A stretch of 64,000 nt of DNA from Corallochytrium limacisporum Hawaii. Taxonomy: Eukaryota; Protista; Pluriformea. Under the pieces are notes generated by a model. That model saw only the letters and a program-made list of their open reading frames with translations, ran no database searches and was not told where the DNA came from. The DNA lies in NCBI GenBank assembly GCA_002811645.1, contig PDIP01000032.1, positions 215,213-279,212 of the forward strand. The letters run 5' to 3'. Below, piece by piece: positions 10,365-19,090 of the stretch. Within the stretch, counting starts at the first letter, position 1. Each line of letters begins with the position of its first letter. Made by a program: the position numbers and the translations under genes.

Positions 10365-12641
10365 TCACATAACGACACATGCATTGGTCGTATTGCGGGC
10401 CATCGGCGAATGATCACCATTGATATGAGGCAAGACCACCGGTCTACTCGTAGTGCCGTCCGGATTGCCCCTGACAAGCTCGTAAATGAGAATGTAAGAG
10501 TCAAGGCAGATTTCGTTCCAGAAGCGTTCGTAGTCGCTCAAGTTGGCCTTCATATTGCCGTACCATTGCATGTCATCAAATCGTACCCAACGTTGGCCCG
10601 TGAACGAGTAGCTGATGAAGTGACCCCGGTACACATTGGTGCCCTTGTGACAGACGCAGCTGTGCAGACGGAGCAACCACTTGTGTTTGGCATTCAGGCG
10701 ATCGGCCGGGTGTCTAGCGACAAATTTGCTGAAATCAATGACGGCCGGAATGTTGACTTTTGTGTTCGTGCGCCAGCCCTTACGAGTGTAGCGAGAAAGC
10801 GTGATGGGAAGGAGCAAAGCGTGGCCCTCTGTGGACTGACTGTACGCCTGTACTGCCTCGTACTTGCTCTCGGTGGAGCTATAGATATACCAGGGCAGCA
10901 TGGTCAGCATTCGCCACGGGATCTTGCCTGCTTTACTTAAGTCCGCTTCGTCCTGGTTCGTAGGCAACGTCAGGGACGGCACATCGGTCGCAGTGCCGCG
11001 TGAGCTCTGGATCGATACGCCGGGGCTCTTCGCTGTGTCTCTGCCATTGACGGGGATGTTCTCACCGTTTTTGTCCAGCTTGTTAGTGTATTGTCCCAAT
11101 CCGGACTCCACTGATACCGTTGCTGTGAGTGCTGAAGGACCCTTTAGAGACGTCGGTGGCGGACTCCTGGCCAGTGCAGCGACGTCATCGTAGCTATGCT
11201 CCACAGCATGTCTAAAGGGCCGTCCACCATGGGTATGACGGATGGTGCCCTTGCGTCGAGTGGTTGGTGTTGTCTCAGATCTTGCAGCCAGTGACCCCGC
11301 AGAGCCAGAGCGGAGTTGGCTTGACATGACCTCGTGCTTCTGCGCGTCGCTCAACAAACTCAGCTGACGGGAGACCTGGGGTGGTTTCATCCGGATCTGT
11401 GAGGATCTGTAAGAATTGCTCGCAGTCGCTGTTCCCTCTCTCACTTCCAACTTCTCGGATTGATCAGGCAACTTTGTGTAGTCGCCTCTGACAGCGCCGT
11501 TAGGCGAGCCATTCTGAGCTTTATGGTCAGTTGTTTCAGTTCTATTGCCAGTGCTCGTCTCCTCTGGCGCCTCACTCTTGTCATGGAAGTAGGCATCCAA
11601 GAGATCCATTAAATCACATGATGGCCCTTGGGGCACGTACAGCTGCACTATGCGCTCGCACGTGATTCTGAACGATGGCTTCCCCTGCTGCCCGGTTATC
11701 ATTCGCTCCCGCATCGGTAATAAGGGAGCGTCCAGACAGTCCAGAATGAATAAAAATAACTCTCCTGCGTCCTGCTGCCCTCTCCGCTGCCATCCACATT
11801 GGTACAAGGCATCCATCAGTTGGTACATGACATCCTCCGATCCACCCAGGCCCGTGCGTACCCGATTTACGAAAACTAGAATTGCATTGCGCAAGCGATT
11901 TATCTCTGCCTTTTCGTACGTGCGCCGGAGCAACGGGTCAAAGGCATCGCTGTAGCTAAACATGGCAAGCAATAAAGCTCCAGCGTAGCAAGTGTTGCCG
12001 ACGTTCTTGGCACCACGCGGAGTGACAGTCTCATCGATCGGTTCTACGAGTAACTGCCACAATTTCTGACGCTCATACCACACTTCGATGGTCCGATCGA
12101 GGTCAAAATAGCATTCCCGTAACAATTCAATCGCTAAACTTGCGTTCATTCCCCAACTAGCAGGCAGTTGCCTTCGGTAGTAGTCTGCGACATGCAAGTG
12201 TCCATCATTCATTCCCCCTGCTTGGCACCTACACAAGCCCCGTAGGTGTCGAGCCAGTTGTTTTGAATACCGAGGATCTTTTACATCACAGACCGGTGGG
12301 TCAACATTTTGTAACCGAATCTTTGCAGTCTGATCGATTTGTGCTGTTAGCCCGTTCAGGGGTGCCGATCCGGTAGAGTTTGACCGTGGAGACCGAGACT
12401 GCCATGGGCTTCTAGGTGAATTGGAGGTACTCTCCACAGATGAGGCCGTCTCCGATTGAAAATTGCAGGAAGAGGTCGTCCATGACTGCACTGTGGATCC
12501 AGATCCGCCGGTTGCCAGGTATGGAGGTAGTGTTAGACCGCACAAGTAGAGTGTTTCTACCAGATGTTGCAGTTCGTCTCCTTCCGGCTCGCCAAACAGA
12601 TACACCCGAAAGGCATCTAGTGATCGCAATAGCGCACTCAT
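10365..12641 (-). CDS. Ubiquitin-specific protease (peptidase C19, CYLD-like), catalytic domain split by a low-complexity insertion
   Basis: Cys box GAKNVGNTCY, QQDAGE, His box CHKGTNVYRGHF, and WVRFDD. First ATG is at 12641. Confidence 0.88.
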   Translation of the reverse strand: MSALLRSLDAFRVYLFGEPEGDELQHLVETLYLCGLTLPPYLATGGSGSTVQSWTTSSCNFQSETASSVESTSNSPRSPWQSRSPRSNSTGSAPLNGLTAQIDQTAKIRLQNVDPPVCDVKDPRYSKQLARHLRGLCRCQAGGMNDGHLHVADYYRRQLPASWGMNASLAIELLRECYFDLDRTIEVWYERQKLWQLLVEPIDETVTPRGAKNVGNTCYAGALLLAMFSYSDAFDPLLRRTYEKAEINRLRNAILVFVNRVRTGLGGSEDVMYQLMDALYQCGWQRRGQQDAGELFLFILDCLDAPLLPMRERMITGQQGKPSFRITCERIVQLYVPQGPSCDLMDLLDAYFHDKSEAPEETSTGNRTETTDHKAQNGSPNGAVRGDYTKLPDQSEKLEVREGTATASNSYRSSQIRMKPPQVSRQLSLLSDAQKHEVMSSQLRSGSAGSLAARSETTPTTRRKGTIRHTHGGRPFRHAVEHSYDDVAALARSPPPTSLKGPSALTATVSVESGLGQYTNKLDKNGENIPVNGRDTAKSPGVSIQSSRGTATDVPSLTLPTNQDEADLSKAGKIPWRMLTMLPWYIYSSTESKYEAVQAYSQSTEGHALLLPITLSRYTRKGWRTNTKVNIPAVIDFSKFVARHPADRLNAKHKWLLRLHSCVCHKGTNVYRGHFISYSFTGQRWVRFDDMQWYGNMKANLSDYERFWNEICLDSYILIYELVRGNPDGTTSRPVVLPHINGDHSPMARNTTNACVVM

Positions 12642-13011
12642 CACTGGTCACTCTATGGAAGTTGACACAATGATTCGGTTTATCTCAGTACATGTTTTCT
12701 GATTTCATCTTTCATATTTCGATGACTCACCCACCTCGGGAGCTCCAGCGTTACTTCATTTTACTCAAAAATACGGATGTCATAACGAACATAGTATCAT
12801 TTTACATCTCTCAACCTCATATGTGCTTCGATTCTTCTTCGGTGTGCGTTCATCAAAGCCTCGATGAGCACAACGCTCATGCCTTCATACCCGTCCGCCC
12901 GTACCACCGATGTCGCCGACGAAATGCCGAGAACAAAGCCCCGCCCCCTCTCACCCGGGCACCACTGCACCACCCTCGTGTGAACACCCATCCCCCCTCC
13001 CCCCGGGGGGG

Positions 13012-13049
13012 NNNNNNNNNNNNNNNNNNNNNNNNNNNNNNNNNNNNNN
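13012..13049. other. Assembly gap (N run) within a C/G homopolymer tract
   Basis: N bases flanked by G and C runs. Confidence 0.99.
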
Positions 13050-13425
13050 CCCCCCCCCCCGGGCCCCCCCGCCCCCCCCCCGTGGAAACCCCCCCCCCCC
13101 CCCCCCCGGGGGGGGGGGGGGGCCAGGGGACCGAAAGGCTGGGACGGGACGTCCAAAGGTTGCGAAAGCGGAGCCCCGGCCCCTACCCACCACTGAGATC
13201 TCTTCGCTGGGGCCCTTGCTCTGTGTTGAACGCCGTTTCCCCCCCCCCAAGAAAAAACTACTTTTGACGGGGAATGATTTTGCGCAAAGAAATTGATCTC
13301 ACAGCTTCGACATCTACCGGAGGCCAATTTGCAAGCGAGGAATGAGGAGGTTCAATGACAGTCAATACGGAGAGCTTCAATGACCATATGCTATACCATG
13401 TTTGTGTTTACTGTAATTCATGAAA

Positions 13426-14586
13426 TCAGTGCGCCTTCTTCGGTGGTTGTTCCAGCACGGACTGGTACACAAGGTCAGAACGCGGACGCACAATCCAACG
13501 GACAGCCAGGTAGATCCCGAGCAGGGCCTCTGGCAACACAAATATGACGTAGAGTGCAAAATCTGGAAGGTAACGCGGGGGAGTGACGCACCGTGAGTAG
13601 CTGACCTTTACTTCATCATCAAGCGCACAGATGTCAGCAATTCCGAATCCCATCTCGTTTGTTTCCATGCGATAACTAGTGGCCGGTACTGTGTCCTCCT
13701 CAACAAAAGAATGCTTGAAATGGCCCGGGTAGTGGGTATCGCCGCTGAAGATGTGCGCGGGTTGCATTTCGTGCTCTATCACAGCCTGCAGTTTCTTCGT
13801 CATTTTGCTCAGGGGGTAGTGAGTGAGCAGAATAGAGTTCCTGATGTTCTTCTCTTTGAACTCATCAATGGCATCGTTGGCCTCTGCAGGAGCCCAGGTC
13901 GCCTTCATCAAACGCCGCGGAGTTGAAAGGGATACTGTGTCAATCTGCGCGATGATGACGCCTTTGACTTCAATGCTATGGTTCAGTAGTCCAAAGTTCT
14001 TGACATGCCGGTCAGTGCTTGCGTCGGTGAGCAAATCTCTGCCTTCACCGCCAATGTCGTTGTCACCGGCAAGGAGGAACAGGTCACCATCTTCATCCCG
14101 TTCCTCATAGAAGCTATAAATCGGTTTCCGTATGTATCGATCAAAGCGCTCCACATACCCCTTGTATTGTTCGTCACTGGCTTCGACTCCTTCGTCAAGA
14201 AGATCACCAAGAATAGCCACCACGTCCGGATCGTAGTTCTGGAGGACCGATATGATAATCCGTGAGATGTAACGGTCAGCATCCCATAGAGTTATATGCT
14301 TCAGAGGATACGGGGCACCCTCATGAATGACACCGGGGATCTGTGTATCTGAGAACAGCGCCATACGTACACAGGTCGGGTCTCTCTCCCCAACGTCTGC
14401 GGCGCAATTGGCCACTGCAAATTCAATGTTCAGGAATTGGAACCATAGTACAATGATGAACACGATGACGAAGTTATATTTGAACACCGCCAACGCTAGG
14501 TGATGGTTCACCATTTTCTTAGACTGACCGTAGGCGAGCGGCCGGTGCTTCGAAGATCTATCTCTGTCTATATCCCATACGGGCAT
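13426..14586 (-). CDS. Metallophosphoesterase of the MPPE1(PGAP5)/Cdc1/Ted1 GPI-remodelling family
   Basis: Motifs SDTQI, LGDLLD, AGDNDIGG, LTHYPL and SGDTH; N- and C-terminal TM helices; C-terminal KKxx ER-retrieval signal (KKAH). Alternative ATG at 14514. Confidence 0.85.
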   Translation of the reverse strand: MPVWDIDRDRSSKHRPLAYGQSKKMVNHHLALAVFKYNFVIVFIIVLWFQFLNIEFAVANCAADVGERDPTCVRMALFSDTQIPGVIHEGAPYPLKHITLWDADRYISRIIISVLQNYDPDVVAILGDLLDEGVEASDEQYKGYVERFDRYIRKPIYSFYEERDEDGDLFLLAGDNDIGGEGRDLLTDASTDRHVKNFGLLNHSIEVKGVIIAQIDTVSLSTPRRLMKATWAPAEANDAIDEFKEKNIRNSILLTHYPLSKMTKKLQAVIEHEMQPAHIFSGDTHYPGHFKHSFVEEDTVPATSYRMETNEMGFGIADICALDDEVKVSYSRCVTPPRYLPDFALYVIFVLPEALLGIYLAVRWIVRPRSDLVYQSVLEQPPKKAH

Positions 14587-15899
14587 TCTCTTTCGAAATT
14601 CCCACAGCCTCTGAATCAAAGACCTTCCAGATTCTGACAGGTCGCTTTCATTGTCGTGACATCCTCGTAGTCCCGTGTCAGCTACACTGGTTGCCCGTCA
14701 TTGTGTAGCTTATCCACGTTGTTGCACCGGTCCCTTTTAAGCACCGCAGGCAAGGACAAAAAAGGGAAGTTCACCTGTCAACGTCCGGGGCCGATCCTAT
14801 CCAACCTCGGGAGTTTGTTAAACTCGAGGCAAGTGAAACAAGTGTGCAGCCATTGCCAACCAACCCGACCAAAGCAACTGGGCAGGTCCCGGCATCACTT
14901 GGTGTCAAAAAATTTCCCCTTGGTCTTCACTGTGACCAAAGACGAATTTTGTGGGTTTCACTGAAGCTGATCGTGTTCCACAGGTTTACACCGAGACAGC
15001 GTCTGTACAACTGACACCGGCTTGGGTGACAGCCAGTTTTCACTGTGAAGTTTGTAACTAGACATTCACATCATCCGAGAAGGAAGGCGAGGTCCATTCG
15101 ACGACGGGCGCACCACGGTTCAGAACCATCGGGGGCTAATCAGAGTGATTTCCAGCAGGTGCCGCAGTAAAGAAACGTAGAACATGGTAACAACCGGAGA
15201 GGGGGGACTTGTTTAAGATTGAATTGATGTCCCCATGGTTAGAATTGGGCAAGGGATGGAGAGCCCCTTGGGGCATTGAGTCCCCGTTTGGTAAAATGGG
15301 GATGTCAGTTCCGCTGTAGCAGGGATAACCGTGCTACCGCAACTGCCCAGCCAATTGGCCCTATTTTTGGACACTGTTGTATAACTAGGGCAGGTTCATC
15401 TGGGACAGTACCCGGTTTCCTCCACAAGGGTACATTGAATACGCCGATGTGAAAACGTTCATAAAATCCCAGCCGGGAAATGTTCAAAGAAAGAGGCTCC
15501 AGTTTAGTGGAAACGCACCCCAGCCACCATGATTTGGCTTTTTCAGGCACAGGAACCCTTTACCCTACTGAACATCCCCTTGTCATTACAGTCGTTTATT
15601 GCTGACAACCGTGTATGCCGTGTTGCTTTCTCTGTTGTATGAAGATACTCATCTCCAGTCAGCCATTCGATGGTTTGGTTTTGGTTGTGGCGGGACTTTG
15701 TTTTTTCCATCGCTTCCGATGCCTTCCTTTGGACCCATATTTTGCGGGTTGGCCAACCAGGACGGAGTGGAAAGATCCTATTTTATCCGCCAACAGCAAC
15801 TATTCGAATTGGTTCGGAATGTCCAACGCACGGACTCCTATACACAGAGTAGCCCGTTCGGATGGTTGCACCCAAAAGCCAGCTCTGCCCCCCCCCCCC

Positions 15900-15974
15900 N
15901 NNNNNNNNNNNNNNNNNNNNNNNNNNNNNNNNNNNNNNNNNNNNNNNNNNNNNNNNNNNNNNNNNNNNNNNNNN
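15900..15974. other. Assembly gap with duplicated flanks
   Basis: N run; 15851-15899 is repeated at 15975-16023. Confidence 0.97.
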
Positions 15975-16241
15975 AGCCCGTTCGGATGGTTGCACCCAAA
16001 AGCCAGCTCCGCCCCCCCCCCCCTCCCTCTCTCGGCGGCCCGGACAGGGCCTCTCTCAGTGAAGTGACGGTGCCAACTTGCTGCTATTGGACGCTAGCGG
16101 GGTTTGCAAATAGGCAGCTCTTGGGGCTATAAGAAACCATTCCAGTGGTCGTTTGAAACTCATCGAATTTCCCTCTACAGAGAAAAGAAGCACGTTGGTA
16201 TCAATAAGGCCATTTTTTGCTCAGACTCCGAGCTGACGGCA

Positions 16242-17492
16242 ATGTCACCGGCAATGTTAGATAGCTTACGAAACATGAGTCTGGAAGATCGGAAGGAAAG
16301 CTTCGAAGACTATAACACCCTATGCATTCACGGAGATCTGGATGCCAAGGGGGTCTTTGCTACGCCCGATGTGGCTCCTCCTTTGCACACAAGCACAACC
16401 TACACCATCTCCGCTGAGGACATTGAGGCCAAGCTCGCGGGTAAGGAAGTTCCTGGAAACCCGATAGCGTACTGCCGTGAGGACAACCCCACACGGCGTA
16501 GGGCGGAGGCGATCATTGGAAGACTCAATCACGGCAAAGCCCTGCTATTCAGCAGTGGTCAGACGGCCACCCATGCATGCATGCTGGCCATTGGATCGAA
16601 ACGGGTGTATGTTTCCAAATATGGCTACCACGGCACGAAACTTGTACTCGAACTTATGAAGCGCCTGAACGACTCGTTCGAGTATATCATCGGTTATCCT
16701 GAGCCGGATGGAGTACAAAAAGGTGATCTAATCTGGATCGAATCTCCAAGAAACCCAGACCTTGACGTGATGGACATTTCCTCGTGGGCAAAGATTTGTA
16801 AAGCAAAAGGTGCTAAATTAGTGGTGGACGCTACGGTGGCTCCAGCTCCCCTGCAGCAGCCCCTGCTCCAAGGCGCTGATCTGGTCATGTACTCTGCTAC
16901 AAAGTTTATGGGCGGCCACTCCGACATTCTCTGTGGTGCAGTAGTCTTCCGGGACGTGTCGTTGTGGTATAAGTTATTCATGGATCGCATCACCGTCGGG
17001 GGTGTACCGGGCAATATGGAAGCCTGGCTGCTTCTGCGCAGCTTGCGTACCATCACTCTTCGGCTCCGGGCCCACAGTGAAAACGCTGCAAAAATTGCAC
17101 ATGCCTTGCAAACCGACGCGGAATTGAAAGGATTTGTAGAGTGCGTCGACTACCCCACAGCGTACGCCAAGAATAGTCCCGAATGGGAGATTGTGTCCAA
17201 GCAATTCCCTTATGGCCTCTACGGCGGATTGCTTGCCATAACGCTGTCCTCCGAAGAAATGGCCAAGCGCCTGCCCGCGCATCTCAAATTGTTCGGCGAA
17301 GCCACAAGTTTAGGGGGCGTGGAGTCGTTGGCTGACTGGCGCCGGAAGTGGGACGAGGGCGTGCCCGGGGGCCTGTTGCGCCTGAGCATTGGACTGGAGA
17401 ACCCTGACTCACTGATTGAAGATCTGCGGCAGGCACTGAAGGCTGTTTCCACGGCCACTTCAGAATCTTCTGGTTCCCCTGCCAATCTCTAA
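16242..17492 (+). CDS. PLP-dependent Cys/Met metabolism enzyme (cystathionine gamma-lyase/synthase/beta-lyase family)
   Basis: YCREDNPT, FSSG, WIESPRNP, VVDAT, YSATKFMGGHSD (PLP Lys), ATSLGGVESL and LRLSIGLE. First ATG is at 16242. Confidence 0.93.
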   Translation: MSPAMLDSLRNMSLEDRKESFEDYNTLCIHGDLDAKGVFATPDVAPPLHTSTTYTISAEDIEAKLAGKEVPGNPIAYCREDNPTRRRAEAIIGRLNHGKALLFSSGQTATHACMLAIGSKRVYVSKYGYHGTKLVLELMKRLNDSFEYIIGYPEPDGVQKGDLIWIESPRNPDLDVMDISSWAKICKAKGAKLVVDATVAPAPLQQPLLQGADLVMYSATKFMGGHSDILCGAVVFRDVSLWYKLFMDRITVGGVPGNMEAWLLLRSLRTITLRLRAHSENAAKIAHALQTDAELKGFVECVDYPTAYAKNSPEWEIVSKQFPYGLYGGLLAITLSSEEMAKRLPAHLKLFGEATSLGGVESLADWRRKWDEGVPGGLLRLSIGLENPDSLIEDLRQALKAVSTATSESSGSPANL

Positions 17493-17569
17493 GATTGTAT
17501 CATATTTGTACTATTAGATGTTCTATAGGGTCGCTCATAGCACAGCAATACTCTCTTTGACAACAGGGG

Positions 17570-18568
17570 TTACTTGTGCCTGACCTCACCTTTGTGTCGG
17601 TCACAGTCAATAGTAACCTCGCACATTCCCTCGCCTTCGACCTCCAAAGGACGTACAAAGGTAGACGGCCCTTCCTGGTCGAGCTCTCCCTTCCATCGCA
17701 TGGTCTTGCCCGCTTGGTTAAGTCCTCTCTTGCACATTGTTAGGTTCGCCGGGTCAGGCAGAGAGATTTTGTTGGACTGCGATCCAAACAAGTAGTCTCC
17801 AAAGCCCACAGCTTCCATTTCGTCCAGGAAAGCGGCGGTGTAGACATAATCGAAACGCCGATTCATGTCATCCTCGTCGACAGTACCCTTGCCACCATCA
17901 TCCAAGCTCGTAGTCACGCCGAAGAAGGGGAAAGTCTGCGCATTCAAACCTAGCGCCGCGCGGAGCTTGCGAGCCACACTCCGCTTGCCGTACCACGTCA
18001 TGGCGCGAGTGAACTTGCCTACCTGAATCGTAAAACTTTCGAAAAGGTACGCGTCTCCTTCCCTCACTTTGATCCTGACACCGTCTGGATTAGCCTCACC
18101 TCTGGTGTTCCCCAGCACGTCCTCAACTACCCAACCGTTCAAGAAGGCCGGCATGCCCGCATCGTGAATGATGTCCAACATTTCATTCTGCCTCTTGCGA
18201 GTCATGCCGTAATCGTAGCCAAAATCATCCACAAAGACACCCTTGACTCCCGTGGCTTTCCATTTGTGCACCTTGTCTTTGAACTGATCGAGGCCCAGGT
18301 TCGTCGTGGTTGTACCTGCATCGATGTATCCCCAAAAAGTGGTTTTGCCCTTCAACATAGCGATCAGTTCAATAGTGCGCCCATGGTCACCGTGGCTGCT
18401 CTCTTCCAGACCTGCACCAAGAATGCCATGACCAAAATGTCCCCAAATCTTGGCAGCTTTCTGAACATCTCCGCCACAGCCATTCATGCAGGTCGGCCAA
18501 CAGTAGCAGATCAGCAGCAACTCCGGGAGCTTGGCAGGACCGTGCTCGTCTGGCTTTGGGTGGGACAT
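17570..18568 (-). CDS. Hypothetical TIM-barrel glycoside-hydrolase-like protein (spherulin-4/GH114-like flavour), prokaryote-like
   Basis: Long ORF with FWGYID, GVKGVFVDDFGYDYG, AFLNGW and YLFESF strand-end motifs. First ATG is at 18568 but the frame is open to 18640. Confidence 0.6.
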   Translation of the reverse strand: MSHPKPDEHGPAKLPELLLICYCWPTCMNGCGGDVQKAAKIWGHFGHGILGAGLEESSHGDHGRTIELIAMLKGKTTFWGYIDAGTTTTNLGLDQFKDKVHKWKATGVKGVFVDDFGYDYGMTRKRQNEMLDIIHDAGMPAFLNGWVVEDVLGNTRGEANPDGVRIKVREGDAYLFESFTIQVGKFTRAMTWYGKRSVARKLRAALGLNAQTFPFFGVTTSLDDGGKGTVDEDDMNRRFDYVYTAAFLDEMEAVGFGDYLFGSQSNKISLPDPANLTMCKRGLNQAGKTMRWKGELDQEGPSTFVRPLEVEGEGMCEVTIDCDRHKGEVRHK

Positions 18569-19090
18569 CCCTTTGATCAAATTCTTGAGATTTATTCCCT
18601 GAAAATCTTGTTCAAACTGTGGTCCAGCGTCAGCCAAGCTCTATCAGTTTGCCCGTTTTATGTGCTGCTGATTAAATACAGTGGGGTCACAGCGATCTCC
18701 CGCAGTTCTTACGTACCCTTCCGACAGGTCTTTAGACCCGGTTTGCATTACCAGGAACCCCCCCCAGCCCCCTTCCCTTCTTTTCCCGCCCGCGTACTCG
18801 CATAAGCCCCCTTCCCTGCCTTTCCCTCCTTTATACCAAAGGACGGCAATCGTGACGGAGGAAACCCCAAATTGACAATGTTCGAATTCTTCAGGGACCC
18901 ACCCATTCCGAACGGTAATAGTCCGACAGAGAGGAATGCTCTTCCCGGAGCTTTACAGGAAGAATCTTTGCATCAGGTCGATCTGCTGCTTGCGTGGGTT
19001 TGAGACTGAATTGTAAAGGGTAAGATCATGAGAGTATACTACGGGATATTAATGTAGCTAGAGAGCGGTTGGGAGAAGTCAAGTGGGTTC

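Noticed and set aside
12692-13327. Pro/Gly-rich ORFs across the N gap, and the many antisense ORFs inside long genes
   Set aside because: Products of C/G homopolymers and codon shadowing.
15851-16023. ~48-nt direct repeat flanking the N gap
   Set aside because: Most likely overlapping contig ends broken at a poly-C run (assembly artefact), not an LTR or TSD.
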